Assembly (NCBI RefSeq): GCF_964204645.1
Contig: NC_134036.1
Location: forward strand, 3,534,001 to 3,598,000
DNA from: Tubulanus polymorphus
Lineage: Eukaryota > Animalia > Nemertea
DNA: 64,000 nt
Direction of reading: 5' to 3'
In this document: positions 1 to 12,600 of the stretch, piece after piece
How positions within the stretch are numbered: position 1 is the stretch's first letter
Layout of the letters: each line of letters starts with the position of its first letter
Position numbers and translations under genes: made by a program
The notes under the pieces: model-generated
Seen by the model: the letters and a program-made list of their open reading frames with translations, nothing else
What the model was told of the DNA's origin: nothing
Databases searched by the model: none

Positions 1-624
1 ATCTACCATAATGAAGGTTTGTGGTCGTGCAGAAGTCCCGGCTCCAAATCTACAGTGGACTATGCTGAAGTTGGGTTCTTTCGGGACTGTAAATATATGT
101 CCGACTTGACTGATATCTGAGTTGATATTTCAACAAACATACATTTTCCGACGTACCACAACATTGATTTGCTTTGGATCTGAAACACTCTGAAATTAGA
201 AAATGAAGTCTGACATTTTTGAATTTTTTGATGTAACCATCTTCATATTTGTTACAATGACAGAGGCCCATCGGCTCATCACTAAATAATCGGTCCCATT
301 ACAATCGAGATGGTTCGCTTGTGGACATTGCGTTGGCAAAAAAACATGTCATATATAGAGATTTGAAGACCCTTAGGATACTCTGCTGTTACTACATTGG
401 AAGTACCTTCAGTTTTAAAAAAACCCGAAATATTCACACATTGACCTAATTTTGTGGGATAAAGGTCGCTTGAACTATTTTAAAAGAATACGAATGAAGT
501 TTCAAAATGAGACAATTTTCCAGGCATTGAATGTTAGTAACTCAATTTAGAATTTAGAACTAATAAGACAAAACAATACACAGCCTGGAAACACCCTTTC
601 GGACATTTACAATTTGTAGCATAG

Positions 625-945
625 CGTGGACGATGCGTTTTGAAAGTGTGCTGATAAAATGCCTAATACCTGGTGTTGGTTTTCTAAATTTTCACTGGTG
701 AAGGCCTAAACACATGTGAAGTGTGGCCGATCGGTTTTTGACAATGTGCTGATCAAATTCTAATGTCTCATTTCCAGTGAGAAATGTTTCAGGTGAAGCA
801 CTGAACACATGTGTGGATGATCAGTTTGTGAAAGTGTGCTGATAAAATGTCTAATATCAGGTGTTTGTAGTTCATTTTAAATTAAAAATGTGTCAGGTGA
901 AGTTCTGAACACATGTGGGCTGTGGGTGATCAGTTTTTGTGCCGA
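625..945 (+). repeat. About three degenerate tandem units (~105 bp) of a dispersed repeat family
   Basis: Recurring blocks GATCAGTTTT..GAAAGTGTGCTGATAAAATGTCTAAT..GTGTTTGTAGTTCATTTT..CAGGTGAAG..CTGAACACATGTG. The same family recurs at 9050-9246, ~10490-10530 and, inverted, at ~31790-31960. Confidence 0.8.
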
Positions 946-1573
946 TAGATTAATCAAATGTTTTTTTTTTGTCTCCCCAAAAAGACATTCAGCTCATACA
1001 AAAGTAAACTAATCAATTCTACAAGCGTTAAAGTTCGATCGGATGAAACGATAGATTTTATGATTTTTACTGCGTGAAAGTAATCAAAATCATCCATAAC
1101 ACATATGCAATGTAAAACTGATATTATTGACTTTAACACTGATGACGAGTCACAGCTGTAGATATGAATAGTGACATCGGGGCGGACAATCACTCAACAC
1201 ATGTTGCGAATGAAACGCATCTATTCAAACAAGTTTCAGAGGTTCCGATTCAAGTCATTGAAGATCTCATCACGACTGGTATTTGGTGTGGCTTCCAGTC
1301 GCCAGGCCTCTATCCCTTAAGAGTAGGAAAAAGAAACGTCAAAATCGCTTCCATACACCTTTTTTTAGTAAATAGGCTTAAAAAAATTCCTTGACCAACT
1401 CGGACGAAAACGAAAAATCATTTTCGTGATTTCCTAGGTTTATTGTATGAACTTATGAAGTGCGCACATGTATAGCTGTTAATAAACCGATATTGTTCAT
1501 GTACGATACTTATAAACTTATATCGCGAATGTAGAACTATCGATATTTATTGTACAGCTGTCTATCAGCCGCG

Positions 1574-1674
1574 TGCGACCGCTCTTGCGACCGCTCTTGC
1601 GACTGCTCTTGCGACTGCTCTTGCGACACCGCTCTTGCGACCGCTCTTGCGACTGCTCTTGCGACCACTCTTGC
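1574..1674. repeat. 12-bp minisatellite (GCGACYGCTCTT)n, about 8 copies
   Basis: Direct reading; it produces the spurious CDRS/ATAL repeat ORFs. Confidence 0.95.
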
Positions 1675-2097
1675 TCTCAGACAATCGGTAATGAAAAATC
1701 GAGCTCGAATCGTTTCGATACGTACGTATTCAAACAAACAAATGATTAAAATCACGTCGTATCCGTTGACTGTCGACGGTGGTGGCCTATTGTTCGGCGG
1801 GATCGGGTGAGATTTTTTTTTAATCGATTTTCGAAACAGCTGTCGACGCGACGTGATCAATCGACCCTAAACCGCACATCTTTCATGCGATATTCATTCA
1901 TACGTACGGATATATTGATAGAACAGATAATCGTTGTTTCAAAATTTGCGAACCCAATCGATCATCGTATCTATTCGATTCGATTTCATGCGCGTTACAC
2001 CACCTGTTGTGCGCATCTGATCAGCAACCAATTGAAATATGTTCGACATAATTGAAATATGAAAGAGAAAAGGTTGAGAATATAAGTAATCAGTAAC

Positions 2098-3155
2098 ACA
2101 TTTTTGTTCAAATTAATCAGTAATCAAGAGGGGGTAAGACATTCAGTAACGCCTTACCCATTTGTGTTCAAATTGATCAGTAGTCAAGAGGGGGTAAGAC
2201 AGTCAGTGACACCTTACCCATTTTTGTTCAAATTGATCAGTAGTCAAGAGGGGGTAAGACAGTCAGTGACACCTTACCCATTTTTGTTCAAATTGATCAG
2301 TAGTCAAGAGGGGGTAAGACACTCAGTGACACCTTACCCATTTTTGTTCAAATTGATCAGTAGTCAAGAGGGGGTAAGACAGTCAGTGACACCTTACCCA
2401 TTTTTGTTCAAATTGATCAGTAGTCAAGAGGGGGTAAGACAGTCAGTGACACCTTACCCATTTTTGTTCAAATTGATCAGTAGTCAAGAGGGGGTAAGAC
2501 ACTCAGTGACACCTTACCCATTTTTTTCAAATTGATCAGTAGTCAAGAGGGGGTAAGACACTCAGTGACACCTTACCCATTTTTGTTCAAATTGATCAGT
2601 AGTCAGGAGGGGGTAAGACATTCAGTAACACCTTACCCATTTTTGTTCAAATTGATCAGTAATCAAGAGGGGGTAAGACATTCAGTAACGCCTTACCCAT
2701 TTGTGTTCAAATTGATCAGTAGTCAAGAGGGGGTAAGACAGTCAGTGACACCTTACCCATTTTTGTTCAAATTGATCAGTAGTCAAGAGGGGGTAAGACA
2801 CTCAGTGACACCTTACCCATTTTTGTTCAAATTGATCAGTAGTCAAGAGGGGGTAAGACACTCAGTGACACCTTACCCATTTTTTTCAAATTGATCAGTA
2901 GTCAAGAGGGGGTAAGACACTCAGTGACACCTTACCCATTTTTGTTCAAATTGATCAGTAGTCAGGAGGGGGTAAGACACTCAGTGACACCTTACCCATT
3001 TTTTTCAAATTGATCAGTAATCAAGAGGGGGTAAGACACTCAGTGACACCTTACCCATTTTTTTCAAATTGATCAGTAGTCAAGAGGGGGTAAGACACTC
3101 AGTGACACCTTACCCATTTTTTTCAAATTGATCAGTAGTCAAGAGGGGGTAAGAT
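2098..3155. repeat. 60-bp tandem satellite, about 17-18 near-identical copies
   Basis: Unit TTTTTGTTCAAATTGATCAGTAGTCAAGAGGGGGTAAGACASTCAGTGACACCTTACCCA. Some units are 58-59 bp through shortening of the T-run. There are no unique spacers. Confidence 0.98.
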
Positions 3156-3304
3156 GCTCTATAAAATCTTTCATATTTCTCTCAAATTAATGACTACTTA
3201 TTGGGGAAACTGCTATAACTTGGGCAGACCCTCGCTTGCCGCAGCCACGACACTTGGCCTCGTTCGCACGAAAGAAGCTTACCGAGGCTTACGCCTAGTT
3301 GAAG

Positions 3305-3319
3305 TAGCGCCATCTGGTG
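3305..3319 (-). promoter_or_regulatory. CTCF-like binding motif
   Basis: Minus strand reads CACCAGATGGCGCTA, close to the CCASYAGRKGGCRS consensus. A second match, CAACAGGTGGCGCCGC, lies at 26884-26899 (-). Confidence 0.45.
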
Positions 3320-3724
3320 ATCGATCGATCGCGATCCACCTGTTTATCGTCGTATACATTATTTACCTATAGTTAATCGGTAAAGTTTCGAATTCGTCGA
3401 TACACTTAATTCAATTCGGCCCTCGTTCGTCACGAGTGTTATAGCTACTATATGTAGAATATCGATAGTCTTATTGATTAATATTCCCGGGTCTGTCGTT
3501 ATATTTATTTTATATTACATAGAAATGATGGTTGAATCGAAGTTACATAGTTCAATAAAACGAATAATTGGCGTATGGTTCGCCCAGAATATTCTCACGG
3601 TTCGCCAAGAGGTTAAATCGTATATCTATATTATTGAATTGCCTGCGTGAGGTTTACTCGGTTCTCTTCATGTTACTTTGTTTGTCGACTTTAGTGTCAC
3701 AGTAGACTTTATTTGGTTCCACTT

Positions 3725-3909
3725 AGGGTGGCCGCTTTCCTCTCAGGTTTTTCCATGTGATTACACAAAATTTCGCCAGAGTGAATCAGTGAATCGGCAT
3801 CACCGAATTCCCCGGGGTTTTCCAGATTTTTGGTAAAATTTGTCATATTTTTCAGAGTTTCCCCTAATTTTTATGACTCCTTAGGTTTTCCAGGTCAGTG
3901 TCCACCCTG
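3725..3909. mobile_element. MITE-like element, family with (C)AGGGTGGCCAC...GTGGCCACCCTG termini
   Basis: Ends AGGGTGGCCGC ... GTGTCCACCCTG with TTCCC/TTTCCAG-rich interior. Related copies at 7448-7869, ~21710-21901 and ~27016-27231; the last two share TCTGCTAAGAATCCAATCAATTAACAC. Confidence 0.7.
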
Positions 3910-6644
3910 CTACTTGTACCTTTGATTTTATCATGCTGAAACACCTATCGGCAAATGTAACCCGTGGTACCATGGTATTTAGGTAGGTTTTCGAATGGGC
4001 TGTACCGTTTCGGGAATTCTCTTCTGGCACATTGTTTCCACCAGAATACACACTACCTTTTCCGGAATAGTATAATCTGTGAACCTGATAATAGTGGCCG
4101 GAAGAGAGTTCGTTTATCATCCTAAACGAGAATAAGTTCTATCGGAACCTGCCTTAAACACTTGGTCGACATAGCCATAGCCGACATGGCAACTGAATCC
4201 GATACCGTGGTTTACAATGGACAACCAGTTAGCAGCTGACATCCGTACCATGGTAATTCACCCCTGAACGAAAAAAAACAACAACAGCGTAAGGCTATTT
4301 TGTTAGTGCAATAAAATTTGAATTCACAAAAAATGTTTGCACATCATGTTTGCTACCAGTTAAAATGATCCTCTACATTATGCGTGGGATTGATTTGTGG
4401 ATAACTCCCCAGTACACATAGGTTCCATTTTTATTTACATACGGGCAGATGTGTTTTTCTACTTGAGGCAAATGGAGTTGCGCCTGAAAAATGAATATAC
4501 GCATTACAAAAAGACACCATCCATCATAGGCCTATAATATCTATGCTTTTTCGCTATACGTTTTCTTCGCAAGGTCGCGATTAGCCGCCAATACTCACCC
4601 ATACTCCTATCGGTCTAGTTGGCGACAAAAATGGCGACCAAAAGTTCTGTGCCTGCGTCGTTGAACGGGTCTAGCGCTTGGTACGAGGGCGGGAAGGCCA
4701 CGTGCCACAATTTTCGATACGTCTAACATAGGGACAGAGTCAATTCAAGTGAGTTCGACAGACCTGTCGACCTATCATCATTTACCACATCAGCGATGAA
4801 AATGGATGAAAAAGTAAATTTTCAGGGACACTATATGGAAAAATATAGAATTAGAGCATATGTTTAGAGGGACAGTAGAAAATTGACTTCAATTGCATCA
4901 AAAGACATAATCAGAGACAGTGAGGCATTTTCAGGGCATGATAAGTTGGCAGCTAATGGTGGCATTTTCAGGAACTGCCCCTGACAATCAGCTCCAAAGG
5001 CTCTAAGTCGGCGATATTTTTTTTCTCAAAAATGATTGCGCATTTCCGAGGCGAGGCAGGTCGCTGCGATTAGCCGACACCCGATCCGCCGTCACTGACA
5101 CCGCGTCGGGCAATTTTTAACGTAAACAAAACGAACAATTTTCAAGCCACGTTGCTGAATTGTAATAACTTCCTTTATGGTTCTCTCGTTATATCAAAAC
5201 ACCGAACACCTGTTCCACCTCAAACCGATAAAAAGATAATAATTAAATAATGCGGTCTAAGCTGAATCTATTCAATATGAATATTCAAAGCCCTTGTCGT
5301 CGAATCGGATCGATCCGTTAAAACCGAGTTATTAATTTCGGTATCAATTTATTTACGTCGTAATTGATGATTTAGACGACGAACGAGACGCGCTTTATTA
5401 AAAAATTCATCCCGATTACAATAATCGTCTTGTAAACGTAATAATCCATGAACGACGAGGCTTAGACTTCTATCGGCGTGATTGTTCCGTAAATGGTTGT
5501 TGTACAATCCCGGTCGCTCCCAAGCGGGGTTCTTACGCGTTTTGGAATACGGGAAAGTATTTTCCAGGCCTGCGTAAAGCTGCGGACCTTTTGCCTATTT
5601 TTTGTCGCCCATGGCTTTGGAAAATCAGAAAATAGTCTCAAAATGAAATTTCCCTTCTATTTTGAATTTCAGGCCTTATGCCTGAATGTTGTACTTAACA
5701 ATTGATAACAGAACCTTTCTATTGATCATTGGCACTTATCTACTTTGAGTAGGCCTACATTACTGCCTGTTGTAGGTTGGTGATGTGTAACTTAGGGGCA
5801 CGGAAAATTTATAATCTCAATATGGAAAAGGTAATAACGGAAAATGAAATTGGGAAACGCCTAAGAACCCTGGTCAAGTCGTCATCGGATGAGTCATCAG
5901 CATTTTTGAGTCCCAATTTGTATTTCCAGTTCAATTTACTTAGTCTAGATCGTGTTTCGGATTAGTCGCCGAGTTCCCGACTAAGAGGACGTAAAAGCGA
6001 GTTCCGCTGTATTTGAAACGATGGATTTACAATGCAAATTGCCCGAGTTTCAGTGGAATTAGTAGAACGGAAGGAATAATCCGACATTTTGTGGTATTCG
6101 ATAAACGCTCACGCTCTTTATCTAATCCACAGCATAATATTGTACGTTAAACGATAAACACTGATTTGCATTGAAAAACAAAATGGCTCCGGCGAGTCAT
6201 CTCATCAAAACCGCTGCGTAAAAAGACTTTCACGACGAAAAAACAAATGCAATGAAACTTTAGGCATGAGACCGCAATTAGATAAGTGTAACTTAAGATG
6301 CGTAGGGCAGCACCCAAATAACAGTGCCTAGAATGTAAAACAGGTCCCCCGTAAATGATGCCATAGTTCGACAAACTGCTGGAGCCTGTGCTGTACACCT
6401 TCTTTCTAAAGGTTTGATCATTTCAGAAGTTATTTGGGTAGGTGGGGACGAAAACCACTTCAATGCGTAGCTAAGATGCTGGCCTAGCAGCTGTTAGAGG
6501 ATTTCCCCTGCATATATGTCCTTATACGTGTATATGTATATGGAATGAACCCTTAAATTTCTGATGTCTACTATAGGATATAGAAGATTTTGGAATAAAG
6601 GTCTGAGCTCTTCTTATTTCGTCATATTGTTTTCTCTTTTTTAG

Positions 6645-9600
6645 CAGAGCGAAATGTCGAACATCGAAGCGAAAATCTTACACATCGAACGCGTGCTGAA
6701 AGAGAACCACGACACGGTGAACCTGATACGCGATACGGTACGCGACCTCGCCAAGGGCGACACGGCCAAACTCGAGAAACTCAACGATCTTTTCAAACAG
6801 GACGTCGCGAAGGGTCTCGTCGAGAACATGTCCAACCGGAAGGAGCCGATAGTTCCTAAAGGTAATGGTCAGGGGTCAATAAACACCGTGGAATTTTCAA
6901 ATCATCTCCAGCACGTTCGGGTATTGATTAGTCAACATTGAAAGGTTTGATTTTATCTGTGTTATAACTGATTACATTTAAGGTTCCGACCTGATGATCC
7001 CATTGAAGAAATCGGCGATGACCTATCCGGCTGAGGTTTGCGCGGTAGGCGAGAAGGCACCACCTAAGATAGAAATTCAGGTAATTCTAGATAAGTACAT
7101 CCTAAATTACCAAAGAATTTTACTTATCTCGGGCACAGAAATGTGACAGACGTTACTGTGGGTCTTACTATTGATTAAGACCTTATTGAAGAAGAAATGA
7201 TTCTGATTTGACAGGCTTTGCGTACAGTTAACGCAGCGTTTCGATTTCCCTGTCGTTTTGTAGATGCAAGAAGCGTTCGACGCGATTCCGTTCAACAATC
7301 CGGACGGCGGCGTTTGGAAACAAGGTTATCCGATTACGTACCAGGAAAACCAGTGGACCGACGCGCGCAAATTGAAGGTCTTCATCGTGCCGCATTCGCA
7401 CACCGACCCGGGTGAGTGATCGCGGGGCCCAAGGGCACGTCATAGATCGGGGTGGCCACTTTCTGGCCCTTCCCTATGATTACACAAAATTCCCGTGTAT
7501 CATGTACAAACAATGGTCAATAGCAGTATGTGATTTCCCCAAGTTTTCCAGGTTTTTGGTATAAAATGTCAAATTCCCCGAGTTTTACCTGATTTCCTTC
7601 TAGATTTTTCTGATTCCCCGAGTTAGGCCAAAAAAAATTGATACCTTGTTTCTCCGCTCTGCTGAGCTTAAATGTTGACCCGGCCGGCCGCCTATCTACC
7701 CTATACATTACTTTTTTTAAAATCGTGATCAATTTCACCATAACAGACCCGGCCGCTATAGAAATGAACTGTTTATAAATTTTATCATATTTTACAAAAA
7801 TGACCCGGCCGCTGCGGAGAAACGAGGTATCATTTTTGTTTAGCCTTATCCAGGTCAGTGGCCGCTCTGTTAAGATTTGACTTACTTGCATCGTTTGATA
7901 CGTACCCCGTGGTGCAAACTTTAATAGCGGCCATCTTTCACTTTCTGATTCGCGTCGTAGGTTGGTTGAAGACGTTCGAACGTTACTATTACGACCAGAC
8001 GCAGAAGATATTCGAGAACATGCTCGTCAAATTGAAGGAGGACCCGCGACGCAAGTTCATCTACGCCGAGATGTCGTTCTTGAGCATGTGGTGGTCGGAG
8101 ACGACTGAAATTAAACGTCAGACGATGAAAAGGTCAGTTGTATGTTCGATGCGTAGGCGGCGTAGAGGTCTACAGCGGACCTCGCTGCGCCAATTGGAGT
8201 CTGTGATAGATGACCCATCCGAGTAATCATTGTACTAACTCACTCCAGGTTCAGGGATTGATGACTGATACACAGTCACAGATATAGACTTGGGGTAATG
8301 ATATCAATGTCACTTCTCTCCAGGTAGGGCCGACTGATACAGTTTCATATATAGGCTAGGGGTAATAATACCAATAGCATTTCTCACCAGGGAGAGATGC
8401 CTGGTACACTGTAGGCTAGGGCTCATAATAATATCCGAGTGCTTCAGTTCTATGTAAAGGGCTTTCGATCAGCTGTCAATGTATCAATTTCATTAATTTT
8501 ATTTAACCCGCCAGCTGAAATGTCTTTATGGTCTTTATGGATCGTGTTTAAAAAACATTATTTCATTATTGAAATGCTCCCCTAGCCACGTATGTATTGT
8601 AATATCACAGCGGTGCTATTGTGTACCGCGCCATCTAGTAATAATTATAAAAATCGGCCGTTGTTACTGTTTACTCTCGGAATCGGATAAATCATTACTG
8701 GTATTGATTGGGTTAACCGTTGAGGCTCTACACGCCACCGACAGCGCAGCGGATGATGACGGACATCTGTTTTGGAGTCCCAGCTGCAGGTGACAGCTGC
8801 GCTTGTATTTAATACCTCATCTAGCTTGCGATAGCATCGGTTCAATCGTTTATTTATAATAAAGAACGTTATTATTACCACCGCGATCCCTGTCGATGAT
8901 TATTAAAAGTAAGGTTTTTCTGGTGATCGTAACGCTTCTGTAGTTTTTGTCGTTGCGAAAGAAGTTGTGAAAATAACGTAATGATTATGTCTTGCTTGTC
9001 AGTACATCTCCCCGTTCATTCACCGTGCTACTGCATGAAGCCTTACCTTGTGTGTCGATGAAATGTCTGACGTTATAGGTTTTTGTAGTTCATTCTCAGT
9101 TAAAATGTCTCGGGTGAAGTCAGATAAAATATCTAATGTCTCGTGTTTGTAGTTCATTTTCAATTAGAAAAATGTTTCACTGAACACATATGAAGTGTGG
9201 ACGATCAGTTTTTGAAAGTGCGCTGATGAAATGTCTAATGTTTCAGTCTGATACGGAACGGTCAACTAGAAATAGTCACCGGAGGTTGGGTGATGACGGA
9301 CGAGGCTAATTCGCACTATTTTGCGATGGTCGATCAACTCATAGAAGGTCATCAATGGTTAGAGCACACCGTCGGTAAGTGCTGAGCCGCTGAACTCGCA
9401 AAATTCCCCCTGAGTGAATTAAAGGAATTTCTAGGTTTAAAATGTAACAATTCATTCATGTTTCATTGATTTCAGGAGTGAAACCGGTGAGCGGTTGGGC
9501 GATCGATCCGTTTGGACATTCACCGACGATGGCGTATTTACTGAAGAGAATGGGCATGAAGAACATGCTCATACAACGCACGCACTACTCGGTGAAAAAA

Positions 9601-12600
9601 TATCTGTCAAAGAACAAACAACTTGAGTTCATGTGGAGACAAACATGGGGTGAGTTTTTGTATTTTCGTGAAATGTTGGATGCGTGCGAAGTCGTATCCT
9701 CCTTTGGCAGGAGTTGAAACCTGATAGCATCGCTAGACTCACCGATGTTCCTCCAGGACTCCTTCGAGGTTCCTTGGCAGGAATTCAAACCTGGTGGCAA
9801 CGTTTGACTGCTTTTTGTTTAATCGCTGCGGCTAATCTCATGGATAAACTACGAAAAGAAAAACCTGAGCTAGTAAGAATAAAACACAAGATTTCTGAAC
9901 GGCTATTAATGACATCATCTAAGCTGCCCACTCGGGCTAGTGCAGGGTTTTTGCCGTGGCTGAGTCTAGCGATGCCATCAGGTTGGAATCCCTGCTGAGT
10001 GAGGATTGCCAAGTCTGGACACTCAAAATGAATGATGGTGAATTGATGAATGTCTGAAAAGGTGCAGGCTTTGGATTGATACGTACATCACAGCCTGAGC
10101 TCTAAGAATCTACTTCTTGATCTCCATAGTCACTCTCCATCTCTTGCTTTTGTAGATCACTCTGGAAAGACGGACATGTTTTGTCACATGATGCCGTTTT
10201 TCAGCTACGACGTTCCGCACACTTGCGGACCGGATCCGAAAATCTGCTGCCAGTTCGATTTCCGTCGATTGCCGGGCACCAGTCGCATCAGCTGCCCGTG
10301 GAAGGTGCCACCGATCGTGACAACTGATCAGAATGTCAAAGAGAGGTAATACTTACTCGACAGCAGTCTATATACATAGATAGGGTCCCTGGATTTCTTG
10401 AATAAAACGGAAAAGTTTACTGAACTTACAGTTTACCGAGATAAGCAATCGAAGGAGTCAACTGTAATTGGAATATGAACAGCATCGAATTAAAAATGTC
10501 TCAAGTCGTGAACACATGCGAAGCGTGGACAAATAGTCACTTGCAAACACTTTCACCGACTTTCGCCATAGATATTAAGGTCTGATTTCTGATTTCAGGG
10601 CGAGATTGCTGCTAGATCAGTATCGGAAGAAAGCGCAGCTATACCGTACAGACGTCGTGTTAGCGCCGGTCGGAGATGATTTCCGTTACGATACGCCGAT
10701 GGAGTGGGACCGGCAATACCAGAACTATCGCAAAATCATCGACTTCGTGAACAGCCAGAAGGACTGGCACGCCGAGGTAATTATCGACGAAACTGTCGTG
10801 AGCTATGGGTTAAGCAGAAATTGAACTTTCTAAACCAGAAAAAGCGTTCACTGTTCACTGTACAAAGTAGAGAGGTGTTCTTCATTTGAAGGCATTGATG
10901 TATGGATGGTATTTTGGGAACGGGTAAAATGGTCTTCATTAAGGCTACTATAGCTAGGTGTTAAGCGAGGTTCTACTGTAGTTCCATTTGTTGAAAGAAC
11001 GAATGTCTTAGGGGACCAGAACCTGAAAATAGTTCATTATCATTATCCTCATCAGACTTTTATCGCTGAAGAAGGTCGTCATCAATTTTTTTTCTCGACT
11101 GCAGCTTCAATTCGGCACGTTGACCGATTACTTCAACGCCGTCTACGAACGTACGAACACGTCGCCGGGACAACGACCGCGCGATTTCCCCATACTCAGC
11201 GGCGACTTCTACACGTACGCCGACCGCGACGACCACTACTGGAGCGGATACTTCACGTCGCGTCCGTTTTATAAAAACCTCGACCGTCTCATGGAAGCTC
11301 ATCTTAGGTATTTATTTCTTTCCAAATCTCTAATGAGGCTCCCTACGACACTAATCCATCTTAGAATGGTAGCGTATTAGGTAATATTTTATCCATTGTT
11401 GGAATCGCTAAGATTTTAAAGACTGGTGCATTTCATTTTTTCAGTGATTTTTTGCAGATTTTCTACGTACAGTTCGGTAAAAACCACTGAATTTCATTCT
11501 GCGTTAATTCATTTAAAGATTTTCATTTTCGATTTATTTACCGATTTCTCTCTTTACAAAAATTGAGGTAATTTTGGGACTTTTCTTATGAGCATTCGTT
11601 TCTGTTTTTTCAATGACTCCTAAATGATTTTGGTCAAGAGGGATAAACTACCGGAAATTCTGGACAAAAAGGGGCTTTTCTGGCTAGCTCTTATCAGGGC
11701 CCATTACAATTTGCAAAAATATTTTTCCAGAGGGCACATTCGAATTTTTGAAGGGGTTGGATGGGGTGGACCCTAAATCCACCCTCTTAGCGTTCAGATG
11801 ATCTTTTTGTGGTATTGTTCTCTTTCTTAGTTCTCTACTATTGTCTATCGTTATTTCAGGTCGGCGGAGATTATCTACTCACTGGTATTAGGCGTCAACG
11901 ATAAACAGAACTTCCCGCAGGTCGCCGCGATGAAGGATCTGATCTTGGCGCGGCGCAGTCTCGGCCTGTTCCAGCACCACGACGGTATCACCGGCACCGC
12001 TAAAGAACACGTTGTCGTCGACTACGGAAACAAGTAAAATGATTATTATTATTATTATTAATATTAATCATAATCGCGATAATATATCATAATAGTTCAT
12101 TTTCAATTAGAAATGTCATGGGTAAAGTACTGAAGAATATGTGTGATGTGTGGATGATCATAAGTTTGAAGAATGCTTGAAAATGAAATGATTTCGAATA
12201 ATCTTAATTTCTGCTCTTTCAGATTGACGAAGTCGTTGATGAACATGAAAAAGTTGATATCGAAAGCGAGCGAGTTTCTGTTGATGAACGACCGCACGAA
12301 ATTCAAATCGCAAGAAAATGCCGAATTCTTCAACATCGTAAGTGAAAATGTCAGTGACTCGAATTGTAGATGAAAAAGTGTGAACCGAATGCGAGGGATT
12401 GATTGATTATTTCGTGAAATTTTCAGGACGAAGCGCGGGTTTCTCATGATTCTTTGCCCGAGCGGACAGTTCTACAACTCACTACTGATAAAAGGTATGA
12501 AGGAAAATACGGTCCCCTACCTTCTGGGTGGTTCTTCGTAAGTACCTTTCACATGTGTGAAGTGTTGCCGGGGTTTAAGTTGAATTACCTGAGGTCTAAG

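Noticed and set aside
1-271. Possible minus-strand exon after a TTTCAG acceptor near 190
   Set aside because: All three frames contain stops and none has a recognisable homology.
1537-1860. Cys-rich / Ala-rich ORFs
   Set aside because: Translations of a 12-bp minisatellite.
2098-3155. CRISPR array, or repeat-protein ORFs 2104-2535 and 2532-2894
   Set aside because: Units are contiguous with no unique spacers, the context is eukaryotic, and the ORFs are artefacts of a 60-bp unit that frameshift at T-runs.
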